From Tubulanus polymorphus (Eukaryota; Animalia; Nemertea): 64,000 nt of DNA. The notes under the pieces are model-generated. The model saw only the letters and a program-made list of their open reading frames with translations. It was not told the DNA's origin and searched no databases. The stretch covers positions 20,931,101 to 20,995,100 of the forward strand of contig NC_134025.1 of assembly GCF_964204645.1 (NCBI RefSeq). Direction: 5' to 3'. Below, piece after piece: positions 1-12,930 of the stretch (the stretch's first letter is position 1; each line of letters begins with the position of its first letter). The position numbers and the translations under genes were made by a program.

Positions 1-15
1 CTGATGTACAGAGTA

Positions 16-84
16 GATAGGTGGCCGGCCGGTTCTACTTTTAAGCTCGGCAGTAAGGAGAAACAAAGTATCAATATTCTAGCC
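16..84 (+). repeat. Dispersed repeat fragment (other copies ~19958-20030 and ~52011-52065)
   Basis: Shared motif ATAGG(T/C)G(G/A)CCGGC...GCTC(G/A)GC...GAGAAAC(A/G)A(A/G)GTATCAAT at three loci. Confidence 0.6.
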
Positions 85-749
85 CTATATTTGCATGTTT
101 CTTAATCCTAGAAATAATTCGATTATTTCATCGCCGACTTCCGGGATTATTACGTTTAATGACGCCCTGTGTAAACGCGCATTTTTTCATCGCATTGCAT
201 ATTTGCGTAAACAAAAGTGCAAATACACATTTTATTTATTCGGAAGCAGATGTCACTTAGACAACGAACCAGCCTAAAGGTGATTCATTTTGCCACGCAC
301 TTACTTCTATGTTTGCGCAACAAACATATCGCGATGCGAAACCAATTTTATACTAAGTTCGATATTTGTTTAGAAAGTTGTCGTTAAGTAGAGGCTGTAT
401 TTTTAAATCAAAAATATCGAATGGGGGAGAACTGCGTTGTAAGTACCTAAGTATCTTTTCAAAGCCTGAGAAGCAATTCATACCTAGTATTTTCTGGCGA
501 CATCCAAATGAGAATACCCTACATAACCCTTTCTGTTCGAGAGGTAAAACTTTGCTCAATCAGGCGATATTCGTAAAAAAGATATCAAATCATTTATTTA
601 ACATAGTGTAAACTCATCGGATTTCGACACTACCATTCCGCTTTATCTTTATCTTTATTCGTATTATTATAGTTATTGTTATCAGTATCATTATTATTAT
701 CAATATCATTTTTATCATTACTATAATTATCATTAATACTATCATTATA

Positions 750-835
750 TATTTGTAATTGGCTGCGATTTTTGTATTATTTTTGTGCTCTGCGCAATGT
801 TATCATAACTTGTGGAGTAAATAAGCTAAACTAAA
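750..835 (+). repeat. 3' end of a retroposon (LINE/SINE tail); second copy ~31460-31555
   Basis: TTTTTGTGCTCTG(C/T)GCAATGT(T/C)ATCATAACTTGTGGAGTAA followed by an (AAACT)n-like tail in both copies. Confidence 0.6.
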
Positions 836-2652
836 ATTGTATGCACAATATAACGAATCTTTCGGGCAAACTACGAATGACGGCTGATTCAGATGGATTG
901 AACAAGCCAGGCGATCGTAATTAGAAAATCAGGATTGATTGATCTTTTTTTACCATTGAAAACGCCAACAGTAATTGAATGTTTGTTTTCAATTAGAAAT
1001 GTTGGATTTTAGCTCTGAGGAAATTATTCTATCAATCACATCGTCGGATGCAAATTTTTTCTGCATCTTTCGCAAAATGGTCCCCACTCTCGTACATGTG
1101 TACCGGGATATCTTTTATAAATGTGATCAACGGTATAATCCGTCAAAATTGTAGGTACGTGTTATTTTGTAAGTTGAGAAGCGTGGGCGTTCATAAAGAA
1201 ATCGACCATTTCTCGAAAAAGATCGTTCTCGATAAGCGCGCGCGATAAGTACCGAAAAAAAATACTGGGAAGCCGCGCAAAATAGACATCGTCGTCTCAT
1301 CCGGTTGTACGAATAAGCATCATTTCAATTAAGGCTTAAAACACAGCAATTGTAGCTGAAAGAACAGGATGTCAAACCGGGCGAATTATAGTCATTATTT
1401 CCCGGCGATGTTGATGAGAAGCCTCGACGAAACTAATTCTCACATTCTGACTTAAGTTAATGCCGTATAAATAGTTGATACGATTTCCTTGCTTAGTTGT
1501 TCCACGTTTGTTGCTAAACGCATCGTTGGGTGCTTTGGAGTTCACGCGGCGCGTTCTTCTTTTCGGTGCGATATATTCTCGGCGGAGGTTTTTTCCGACG
1601 ACCGTTCTTTGATCCGTATCAATAAGTAATGAGCCACGCCGGTGTGACGTAGGCGGTGGGTCACATGCCATCTAACATCTCATAAATGCGTGTTCATCGT
1701 CATCGTCTTCGTCGTTTTTGTACGGTCGAAAATGTATCGCGTCGCCGAAAATGGTGACAACGACACAGTTGTTGTCTTACGAACACGATTCTCACCGCGA
1801 CGAAAATGAGCTCGGTGAAAATCACCTTCGAATTGTGTTTTCGACATTCTGATTCACGCGTGACATATCTGTCGAAATTCGAATTTCTGTCCGCCACGAC
1901 GCGTCAAAGTAGATCTGGCAGCAGTATATTTACAACACGATGCCGAAGAACATGTTTATCAATGAAAACTGGCCAAAATAGAACATATTTAGGCATCGAT
2001 TGTACATAATTGTAGGTGGGATACCGACACAAACGTTTAATCCAATGGGATACCTGCAGCAGCGCTACTGTGGTAATCGAGGATTCCGCTTATGGCAGGC
2101 GAAGATCCGCCAGGTTCGCTAGTAGATAGTTGGTCGTCCGCGTTCGCTTTCCCCTCTACGTTTCAATGAAATCTAGATTAACTCTTCTCTTAAAAGAATC
2201 AATTATATAAGAAAACTATACCGATATCTGAGTAAAAGAATGAAAGTATCGTATATCTTGTGGGTGCTATGATAATTTATGAATTGGGATGTCTTAAAAT
2301 CCAGAATGTCATCGAAAATGAACTAAATTTCACAGCGGACGACCTACTGCTCGTCACGCCATCTGACAGGATAGCTGGTTTTGCAGGTACCCCATTTATC
2401 GTTTGATCAAGGTATACGTTACCTACTCTCAATTTTAGTCAATTTGTGTAATAAGAGATATTCTAAGAGATTAGTTTTTTATGTTAGCAACTATTTCACT
2501 AACTTAGTCAATTACTAACTACTAAATCAATTCGAAAACTTAGATATGCCGGAAGACGGATATGTTTCGAGGTGACGATGCTGAGAAAAATATAGCTACC
2601 CCATCTACTTGATATTTTAATTTTTTTCAATAAATGATTTTGTATTGAATGG

Positions 2653-3243
2653 CAATGGAACCTCATTACAGCGAACTTCACGGGACCGGAAAATATCTTC
2701 GTTATAACGAAATATCACATATTAATATAATATAACGAACAAAACTGATATATATATAATCTATATATTAATACGAAGCTACGTACCAAATAGCGTCGCC
2801 GTGGAGAAGAAGTTCGATTCCTGCGCAATACCGTATATATTTTGTTTATCTCCGATAGTTCCCGGCCTCCACGGGTACAGGTCATCAAAGCTCATAGGGT
2901 TTCCACGGGCATGGACACATAGATTTTAAATGGTCCGACTTAATTCCATTGCGAATAAATTGAACAGTTTGAAGTTCTGGGCCAAAGGCAATCACCCGTG
3001 GTTTCCGCAGGTATTACTCTAGTAACATATATAATATAACGTTATAATAACGAACTATCACGAACAGGATATTATCGTGTATGGGATTAATCAATTGTCT
3101 TACTTGCGACCAAATTTAATATTTGTTATATCCGACTAATCGTATCGGTTACAACCAACGGGAGGCATAATATGCCTATTTCTAGGCATTTTGTATCTAG
3201 ACTAATCGTTTTGTCCCGAGTTCGTTATAACGAGGTTCCACTG
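2653..3243. mobile_element. Tc1/pogo (Tigger-like) MITE
   Basis: Imperfect TIRs CAATGGAACCTCATTACAGCGAAC / GTTCGTTATAACGAGGTTCCACTG, followed by TA on the right; related end TACAGTGGAACC at ~57027. Confidence 0.6.
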
Positions 3244-5419
3244 TATTTTGTTAAAATGTGTATTCTTGATGATCTGTCATACAAGTGTAGTCCACACTCT
3301 GATAAAGAAGAATAATGACTAATAGGCTAATGATATTACGGGACCTTTAATACCTTGAATATTTCCAATTTCAAACTGGGGGGTCTTTTGCTGTCGTTGG
3401 CATCATTGAAATTATACCTCATCCCTATTTTAAGATCAGAAATTGTTCTATGATAGGCAACTTCTGAGAAATCATCATTTGGCCTAATGGATGCATTACC
3501 GAAATAGCGTAAAACACAATGTTTGTGTAGTTCGAACGACCCGCCTCGGAACGAGCTAATATTTGATGTCGGGTACACACGAAAAATAATCGCGCAGAAT
3601 CTGCGAGCATATTGGAGGCAGGTAAGATAATTATTTCTGTTCCCTTTGTGTGTGGACTACATTTGCGTTTCACATTTGACCGCTGCCTATGATGTCCGTC
3701 GTCGATGTGTGAACACGGGAATTAGTCATAAACAACATCAAAGGCAATAAGCCAGAATCGAGCTAAACGCGCAAAGTTCTTCTTTACCCGGCAAAACATC
3801 GTGATTATCAAACTGCCAACTTGTTCGCCTGATGGATTTGACTGGTGTCTACGGGTTGCACGCATCTAACGTGGTAATATAACATCAAGGAGGTGAAGTA
3901 AGAGATCGGGTATCTCGTGAGTTCGTCAATTGGCCAGTTTGTCGGGTTAACACGGAAAATCGGCTAGACGCAGCTGCAGGCGACATTCGGGTCAACAAAT
4001 TCACCAGACATTATACGTTGTATACAAATGTGGTCAAGCAAATATTCTCAAAATTGGTGGCAGAAACTAACGATGTCTATTGAAATCTCCATCGACTTTG
4101 GAAGGAGCTGATAAGCTAACTGTTACTTCAAAGCAGTTCTTTATTTGATATTAGGTTTTTAATGTATATTTGTTTATTGATTAATTCTGTAAATATTTTA
4201 CGCGAAAAAAATCATATCATATAATCATAACATCATTCTGAAAATCTGTCGCAGCGTTCCAGGGGCGGATCCGTGGGGTGTTAGGGGGTCTCAACCCAGC
4301 CCCACCCCTCCCCCTGCTACCTGTTCGAAAATTTTCTGATAATGATATCATATCATACTAATGATGAAATTTCGATTGCGATCGTAATAGATTGCTGTTT
4401 CGGCGTCCGCCTGAAACTACTGTAGGTAATGCACATATCTTTATGAATGCATTTTTCATTTAAATATGAAATGAAAATATGTCTGAGAAAACACTGCGCT
4501 TTACCCCTCTGCTCAAATTTCTGACAAATGAAAGAATCATTCAAAGTTTTTTTTCTGCTGGTGAACGTATTGACTAAAGAGAATAACGCTTACTCCCTAA
4601 GTCCTACCTCGAAGCCACCGACATCCAATTTCGAAATATAAGTCTGGTGGTCGATAGAATTCTACTGCATGTGGCGGAAAAAATATTACATCACATTTGA
4701 AATGAAATACATCTCTCCCACTGCCTTCAAAGGCAACCCATACTCCCATCAATAATTCAAAACACGAATATAGGCCTACAATAGAACCACGTTTTATTAA
4801 AACATTCGACGGATGGGAATTGAACAGAAAAAAATGAGGATATATCGATTCGCGTCGAATACTGATTCACACGCGAAATATCTGATCGTGGGCGAAAAAG
4901 AATACGTAGAGCGTCGTTGGGAATGAATTATTGCGACAGTCACGTTTTAAGTCCCTTTGGGGTACAGTACGGCTGTCGGTGTCTGAAACGGTAGTTTCTG
5001 CAATTGGCGTCGAGGGCGTATTGGATAACCATCCTCGATAAAACCGGATATATAACCCATTCGAAGAGTTGAGTAGTCATCAGAGAAATGCCTTTAATGG
5101 CTAGATTGAATTTCACCCCGGTGACTTATACCCCGGCGAAACATCTCGACGGCGCTTCGCAGTTGTAAAATATTCTAAAGTACCCGATAGTAAAGGGGAT
5201 ATACTATTCTACGCGGATTTTTTTCGGACCAGAATACCGCGGATAGTTTGAAAATTAAATCAACATACAGTAGACCCGCCTAAGTGGGATCCAGTCATCT
5301 CGGATAACCGTTCAACTCGGATGTTTTTGAAATATTTTTGTGACACTTAAGATAAATACATACATCCAACTCGGATATCACTGAAGTCGGACACATTTTA
5401 AGGTCCCAAAAGATCCGAC

Positions 5420-5624
5420 TGGAGCGAGGATGCAGGGGGGGCTATTTTACAGGAAAATAGAAAATAAAAAACTAGCAAAAAGTTTTAATTCATAAGCTCT
5501 GTATTTCCACAAAATGAGTTAATGTTTTAAGATTTTGTTTTTCGGGATGCCCTTTTGATTATATGATATGCTCTATTTTTGGAGGGCCTACCCCTCCCTG
5601 AATCAGACCCTAGATCCACTCCTG
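5420..5624. mobile_element. hAT-like MITE (CAGGGGCGGATCC-type ends); relatives at ~4260-4320 and 38700-38887
   Basis: Shared right end CCCCTCCCTGAAT(C/A)AGACCCTAGATCCAC..CTG and GCGGATCC-like left ends. Confidence 0.5.
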
Positions 5625-7823
5625 TAGACCTTCGGACTTTTAACACGGGGAATATGACCAAATGGACAACATGATCTTGAACCCTTTAAGTTAAGTTATT
5701 TTCCAAATCTGAACTTATTGAATTAGGCGGCCAAAACAATGAACCCCACTCAGTCACTTGACGGTTCAGGCTGGACGGTTGATTGTTAGATTTTACTATC
5801 TACTTATATTGAAAATGTTCATCCACATAGCGATTGTTTACTGCAGGATGTCCATCTTGATAAAGTTAGAAAAAGGCCTCATTCCTCCAGTGTATACGGC
5901 CAGTCACTCCCATTTACCCACAGGGCCTGCATAACAGAAATTTATATGCAGGCGTAAAGTAATAGAGGCAGCGATGTATATCAAAATGATCACCGAAAAT
6001 CGTATCAGGCTGTGATAGATTTACGACAGGAAAAATGACCTTCCGGTGATTACTCATAAACAAGAGTCTGCGGTACAAAACACGACAGAGAACACGTTTT
6101 AATTAAGGTAATTCCGCGCACAATGCGCGACGCACGAACGTAGCACCTCTTCTAGTCTATTCGTGGCGTTTTAAACTTCAAAACGGAAACATTTTCGAAG
6201 ACGAAAATCAACGATGACGATTATGAAAACCTAATTAATCTTACGAAATATCTCCGTCTAGCGAACCCTAAATGGATTGCCTGTGGCTTAATGGCGATTT
6301 CCAGTAATTCTGTGTTGCGCCCCCGTTTCCGAGAATAGCATGCAAACGTTTTAAACGGAGATTTGTAAAAAAAAAGTCCGGAATTGGCGCAATGTCATTC
6401 TCCAGAAGAAACATCAAACAGCACAAAGGACGGATAAATTCAGAATAACTGGCAATGTTGTTATTACATTGCTCCATAAGGCCCCCAATGACGTTGAATA
6501 TATTCGATTTATAAGCTGTTGATTAAGAAAACGAAAAAAGAAAAAATTGTGGTGACTCATATTACAGAAGTCGCTGAGCGGCATAAGATATGATATCGTG
6601 GTGTGGGAGCTGGTTGTGGAAGTTGCCATTTCTTATTTTCGGGAAGAATTGACACACGCGTATATATATTTGAATCAAATATATGTATATGATATATTCA
6701 TTTTTAAAAAGTAGCGAGAAATTATGTTAGAATAATGATGGGAATTCGGGCAGTTCTATACCACATCTCAGAATCACCATAAGAAACAGATTTTAGAAAT
6801 TCTAAAAATGTGTCTGAAGCCTAGATGCTATCAGAAGAATTCAAATAATATATTTGAAATTTGTTGTCTAATTGTTGGATTTCTTGAATTTTCTAAGAAT
6901 TTGGGAACAGGATCTGAAATGTATTGTGCTCCTGTGTAAGCATCTTATCGGGAATAGATTTAAATGTTCCCGATTCTCTTATAAAAGTTGTATAAGTATC
7001 TTCATCATATTACCCGATAGTCTCCCGATAGTCATCCCCCGTCTGTCCCGCAGGAGGTATAAATAACGCCTTGATTAAATCTTGGACTCTAAAATGAATA
7101 GTCCATAATTAGACGAACACCATGGCACCAGACACTATCGTGATCAGACAGAATCGAAACCTATCATTTAGTGCGTGGTCTATCGTCAGGTGAAATACGC
7201 GATACCCGACAGTTTCACTGGTGATGAGTTACGCGTGGATTTAGCGTATGATTATGTCTTATCATAATTACTACAATTAAAAGTTGCGTTAAAAATGCCA
7301 ACTGTAAAATCAATGAAAGATTATCATACAAGTTTTACTTTGACGAAATAAATACAAATTATCGGCGTTAAAAATTTTCAGCTGGGCTCCAACTTCTTCT
7401 CAAAATCTCCCGAACAAATTTCATCAACGTGAACTCAGCCTCTATACGTGATTGATTAAGAAGTTTTTGACATGTTTCCGTCGAGGGGATGTCATTATTG
7501 AGAAAATGAAGTCCACGCGTACTCGAAATTAATTCTACTTCTTATCAAAGGGCTGGGTTTCGTGAGGGCGTTCATGCTTCATCGAACGTTTCAGTTCCCA
7601 GGGCCGTATGTAGCATTTTCATTTAGCGTTTTTGGAGGGTAACCACCCCCCCCCCCCGCTAAGTACAGCCCTAGTTTCCATTGTCGTTCAAATTGAAAAA
7701 TAAGACTAAATACAAGATAAAATGTAAAAATTCATTTTAGCTCTTTAATTTCCTGCTATAATGAATCCTTGAATTTTGGTCCAAATTTAGTAATTTCCAG
7801 GTTGGATGTTATATAAATCATGT

Positions 7824-8040
7824 GTTTAGTTTAGTAGACTTTATTTACTTTCCAACTGCAAGTAACAGTGTAACCCTAGTAGGTCTTAAGATACGGCCAG
7901 GGCCTTTTCATTGGTTGGACTCACAACCTGACTAAGTAAGCAGAGCTTAGTTCATTTTTGACAGCCAACGCCAGAGGTAGTTTCGAACCAGGAACCTCTT
8001 CATGGTGTCACGAGATATTTTAACAAACAGCTAAACTGTT
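7824..8040 (-). mobile_element. tRNA-derived SINE-like element
   Basis: Minus strand: A-box-like TTAGCTGTTTG, B-box-like GGTTCGAAAC, then AATAAA and a (CTAAA)n tail. Confidence 0.5.
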
Positions 8041-9334
8041 ATCTGAGTTGACTGGATTCGACTTTAACGGAGTCTCCTGCGTTATTATATATTTAGTATC
8101 AACGGAATTAAGTCCGGTGGAAAGAATCGTCACACGTGCTTTCGTCGAAATACCTTTAAAACTAAAACTTTACGGTAAAACGAAACGTCGGTTAGAAAAA
8201 GTTTTCGTACGTAACGTTCATCCGTTTAAAATCGTTTATTTTTTGTTTAAAAACCGTTAAAATCTGCAAAGTTCATCGAATCAATTTTGATTTAAACCCG
8301 AGTCGTAAAAACGAGCTGATTTTATCATTATGGCTTCATTAATCAGGCGAACATTTTAATGCGCGTATACTTCCGTCCGATTTTGCATTGGATGAATCGT
8401 TTGATGGGTTTACCATGGAGGAGAAACTGAAAAAGGCAGCTCTAACAGGCTGATAAACAATCTACCGCGCGACCATAAATCACTGCGAATTAGTTTAATG
8501 CATGTTGGTAGATAAATGGATTAGAAATTTGACCAAATGTAACGATCATTTTTAAATGGAAAGTTTCCTCCGCGCGGCCAATTACGGGTATCCGAATCAT
8601 AACCGAGACGCGGAAACAAATTTCAATTACACATACATCGACCGGTATACCAGAATTATTTCAAACACGAGTGTGCTATGTTTATACATAAAAAAAGAAG
8701 TACCCAGCGATTATATGAAAATCGAACTTACCGCTAACGGGCGAACGAGAAAGAGAGCAACAAGCAACTTCCGTCTGCTATGGTGACTACCGAACTCTGT
8801 AGCACATCAACCAATAAGCTGAACTTCAGAATCGACGGGCGATATATGATTATGCAGACGTTGCGCGCGTTGCTCGAGTTTATAAAGGTGAACGAAGTTC
8901 TAGGACCGACTACGCTCGTGTCGTGACGAATTTGCTACTTGCGTATGGCTAACCGGTTTCAATCAGCTCACGTCGGCGCGGCAAACTCGGCAAATCAAAC
9001 GAAAGACGGCAGGAGTGGTCGCGCTTTTAAACATCTGATAGAATGCAGAAATAAACTCTTATCAGCCCGAGATGTCATGTAATGAATAGACCTGTTTCAT
9101 TATTGATTAAATGTTTTTTTTATTTCTAGAAAGTATGAAGCCTGCGCTGTTCTTATGATTTCCGTGTAGAAAGATGTCGACAAGTTTTAATTCGTTCATC
9201 GACTGGAGGTATTTTGTCCTAATCGAAAGAAAATGTGGTGTTTTTTACGCAGTTATTTCTTTAAAACAAACGGTATCATAACTAGATACCGGCAAAGCTA
9301 CAGTGGCAAGCGAGGATCCAGCGATCATCTACCA

Positions 9335-9445
9335 GGGTCCAGTTCCACAGCTCTGAGTTAAGATTTGACCTTAGAGTTAACTCATTGAAAATGAACTAAC
9401 TTTAACTCAGAGTTAAGTCTTACTCACAACTGTGGAACTGGGCCC
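9335..9445. mobile_element. Short palindromic MITE; copies at 33611-33701 and a partial copy at ~18110
   Basis: TIRs GGGTCCAGTTCCACAG / CTGTGGAACTGGGCCC with internal GAGTTAA/TTAACTC symmetry. Confidence 0.75.
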
Positions 9446-10256
9446 AGGATCGCTAGTAGCACTGGATTACCGCGCTTCAATTTCCTTCTGCATTTCGATC
9501 AAATTCGAATCTTTTTTTCTCATTTGTAAATCAATGTTTGGTGAAATCTATATTAGAATACACTGAGTATCTATCCGCCGACTTGTTTGATAATTTTCGG
9601 ATTTGGCAGCCTGATTTTCGCTACGAATAAATAACCCAGTGTTTAGTTGCGGCATCTCCAGATTCTGGCAAACGCCGGTTTCCCATTTCAATGGTGTCGC
9701 TGTATCTGAATGATATGAGATTTCGTATTTACAAAGTAGATAATCAGAAATGTGGGCCTGATTTCTATGTGACGTGTGTTGAAGCCAAAGATTTAATATA
9801 TGATTAAATTATAAACCTTGCAAATATATCTTCCATTTTGTAATTCTAAATGCAAAATAAATCCATTCATTCTTAGATTCAAAATAATCGTTGTTGATAC
9901 TGTTGTTATTATCTATCATATACTAGCTCGGATACTCTTCTCTCATAATCTAACAGTAGATTCGGGTCTGATTCTTTTTCATCGAGCGCATGTTCCACAA
10001 CGTTGCGTATTTTTCTATTTCAATATCAACTCTCGTCCGCGGGAGGTTAAAATGTCGCTATACACCGCTGAAGACAACTATCCTTATAAACACGAGACTT
10101 TCAGCACGTATCGCTGAAGGATGACGTTTGAAGTCGAAACGCTACGTGCGGCGGGGAGCACGGCTCGTCCGCGTGGCCGTAAACAACGTGAACAGGAGTC
10201 GCAAGCATTGCAATAACGTTGATCGATAGACATGGTCCAACTTATTCGGTCGTATA

Positions 10257-10958
10257 CTAGCCCCTGTATGACCGGGCCCTCGACGTATCGGCCCCACTCC
10301 GCGCGGTGGCGCCACCCCGCGGGATTTACGCGAAGCAGCAGAACACAAACACGGCCACTCTCTCAATTTTCAATGATAGAAATCGTGTGTGCATTTCAAT
10401 TATTTCGCTGTTAGGGTTTTAAGGCACAATATAAGTTGATGATGTGATATATGGGGATGTTAATTAATGATAATTCCGCAGTGAAGCTAGTCACGAACGG
10501 TGCCGATTGAGTGTATAGCTGCCAAAAACACTGAAATGTGCGTAGTTGCGTAACTATTTGCAGTGAATTGCAGACGAAACATGAAGCCTTAACGGCCGTT
10601 TAAAAAAAATTATACCAATCGCAATTGTAAAATAAAAATGAGATAGAACCTAAGTTAAAATTCTGGCCATTTCTAAAACGTTATTAATTATTATTACTAA
10701 TTTTTAGTCAGTGCGGAACGTTTAGTTTTCCAATAATAATGAGGGGTGGTAGGTAGTCATGCAATTCAAGTCATCATTTATTACACGTTACTACCGTGTT
10801 GTTGAAAATCTCGCGAGTCCTGGACCAAACCCCAATGAACAATGTGATCTGTGTGCTGGTCACAAATGCACACAGATCACACTACACTACCCATTACACA
10901 CTCCAGTACCCACAGCTTTCATATATCCATCCAAATATTTAGTGGCTTTCTCCCTGGA
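10257..10958 (-). mobile_element. Non-autonomous Helitron-like element, copy 1
   Basis: Near-identical to the reverse complement of 21927-22603. On the minus strand it starts A^TC, has GC-rich subterminal palindromes and ends CTAG^T; no TSD. Confidence 0.65.
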
Positions 10959-12400
10959 TATAATATGATGATTTTACCGTTTGATAAAGGTTACTTCGCT
11001 CCTTAGGGTCGTTTTGGACTTCATTATTAATGGATTAACGTTTGAAAGTACTAGCCATATCGCCACCGGTCCCGCAGCTAGTCACACGTGTAAATCACGT
11101 ATCTAGTCCCCAAAATTCGAGTTCCTAACTCGCCAATCTCCTCAATTCGCCAAACAAATTTCATCCTACAAAATGACGAATTTCGTCAATTCATCCGCTT
11201 GTCATATGGCACTGAATCTCACGAACCTTGTACAATGTCCACTTTTGGAATGTCAAAAAAAAGAATTTACTTTTCCCGGGCTCGAGTATATTTTTGATAA
11301 CCTATGTCTAACAGCGCTAGCAAGGACACAGTCGAAACGTTATACGTACACTAGTGGGGTCAAGCGTAACAGGGAAACTCTCTTTTTATTTAAAGGAATT
11401 GTTGCAAATCACCTTGATAGCGGATATTCAGACTACATAAGCAATGTTTTGGGATGAACAGCCACTGAAAAAAAAACAACAAAAGAAGTTACGAGGTTAC
11501 AAGGTTCATACATATATAAAGTGTAAAGGCATGGATAAGTAAGATGTGTTCTGATAAGATTGTGGAAATGAATCCACAGTTCTCTAAAGCCAGGGGCCAT
11601 CAAGAAGCGTATTTATTTTCAAGATAGAGATATGATCGAGTTTTGCCTTTGTATTTGGCTGTTTATACACGCAGCGCGCGCGTCTTCTTCGAGACACCAT
11701 ATTTACAGTACAGTTCCCAAAGATAATATGCCCCTACCCAGATACCGATTCGTATAAACAGCGAATAGCAATGAAATTTACGGTTCGCATGATGTAACTA
11801 GTCCCCGGAGAAGTTCTGGTGTAATCGATAGATACTTATCCGAACTTCCTTGCGAGGATTTCACTGTTGAGTAATTGTTGTAGTTTTTTTTAGAAAACGT
11901 TTAGGAAACGGTCGACTACTAAATCATAAGGACTTCCTCTTGGTCGAATTCGATTTGAATTCAAAGGATCTATTCCATGAACTGATATGATGGTTTATCT
12001 TGGAACTTGGAAGTGGGATTGTCAAAGATTGATTCGACTAACGCTTAACACGTCGAATCTTTGAACGGTTACGCTATCCGTTCTTGACCCGTATTTCTCT
12101 GGAAAGAACCAATTAAGATTTAGAACGGACCAAATCTACGCTGTGCGTTCACACGCGTTATTATAAATCAACTTGTCTTGTTAGTTCAGCTAGACGCAAC
12201 ACTGGGACTGACATTCAATTAAAGGAAAGTCTCTATTCGCATTCAAAGAAGTGGTTCATTCTGAAATCTAGAACGGACCCGGACCGGATATAAATCGATT
12301 TATTCTAAAATGGAAAAGACCAATTCATAGCGAGCTTTTCGCTAGTGGTCCGTTCGATTAATTCGAATGGACAAAATTTGGCATATTCTATAAGTCTCTA

Positions 12401-12930
12401 GGAAAAAAGCCACCGGAAGAAATACCACCGGAAAAAAATGCCTCCAGTAAAAATCCCAGGGAAAATGGCAGTAGGAAAAAAATCCACAAATGTTTTTTTC
12501 AACAGCTTAAGCAAAGGGTGATAATGAAATGCTACAGTTTATTTTCACACTTCTATCCAGATCCAAATTATAAGTAACTGATTTTATTGAAACTAAGGGT
12601 AGAGTTATCATTTTACATATGAAAGAACAAACATACGAAACAACCTAAAAATAGTTACAAACTGAACGGATCAAAGAAAGGCAAACTACTGAGAGGGAAG
12701 CTCAAACACAATAGTGGTACTGGAACATAAGTTTGAAACTTAAAGTTTGAAAGACATCATTAATAAGATGATCTATAATTTTTGCAGTTTAATTCATGGA
12801 TTAAAATAACTTTACTTTTTTCCTGGTGGCATGTTTCCTGCTTTGCAAAAAGTGGAATTTTTACCGGTGGCATTTTATCCTATGCTGCAAAATTTGTTGA
12901 CATTATTTTCGGTGGCGTTTCTTCCCATTA
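12401..12930. mobile_element. Foldback-type non-autonomous DNA transposon
   Basis: Tandem GGAAAAAAGCCACC-like units on the left and inverted GGTGGC.TTT..CC units on the right. Confidence 0.5.

Noticed and set aside
6004-6017. TATCACAGCC (miR-2-like 5' end) on the minus strand
   Set aside because: Similarity ends after ~12 nt and no precursor hairpin is evident
95-8786. Short 60-99 aa ORFs in the first 9 kb
   Set aside because: No recognisable domains, many start at non-ATG codons, and no consistent exon chain was found
10759-10968. 69-80 aa ORF duplicated at 21884-22126
   Set aside because: Lies within the repeated Helitron-like element; conservation reflects recent copying, not coding constraint
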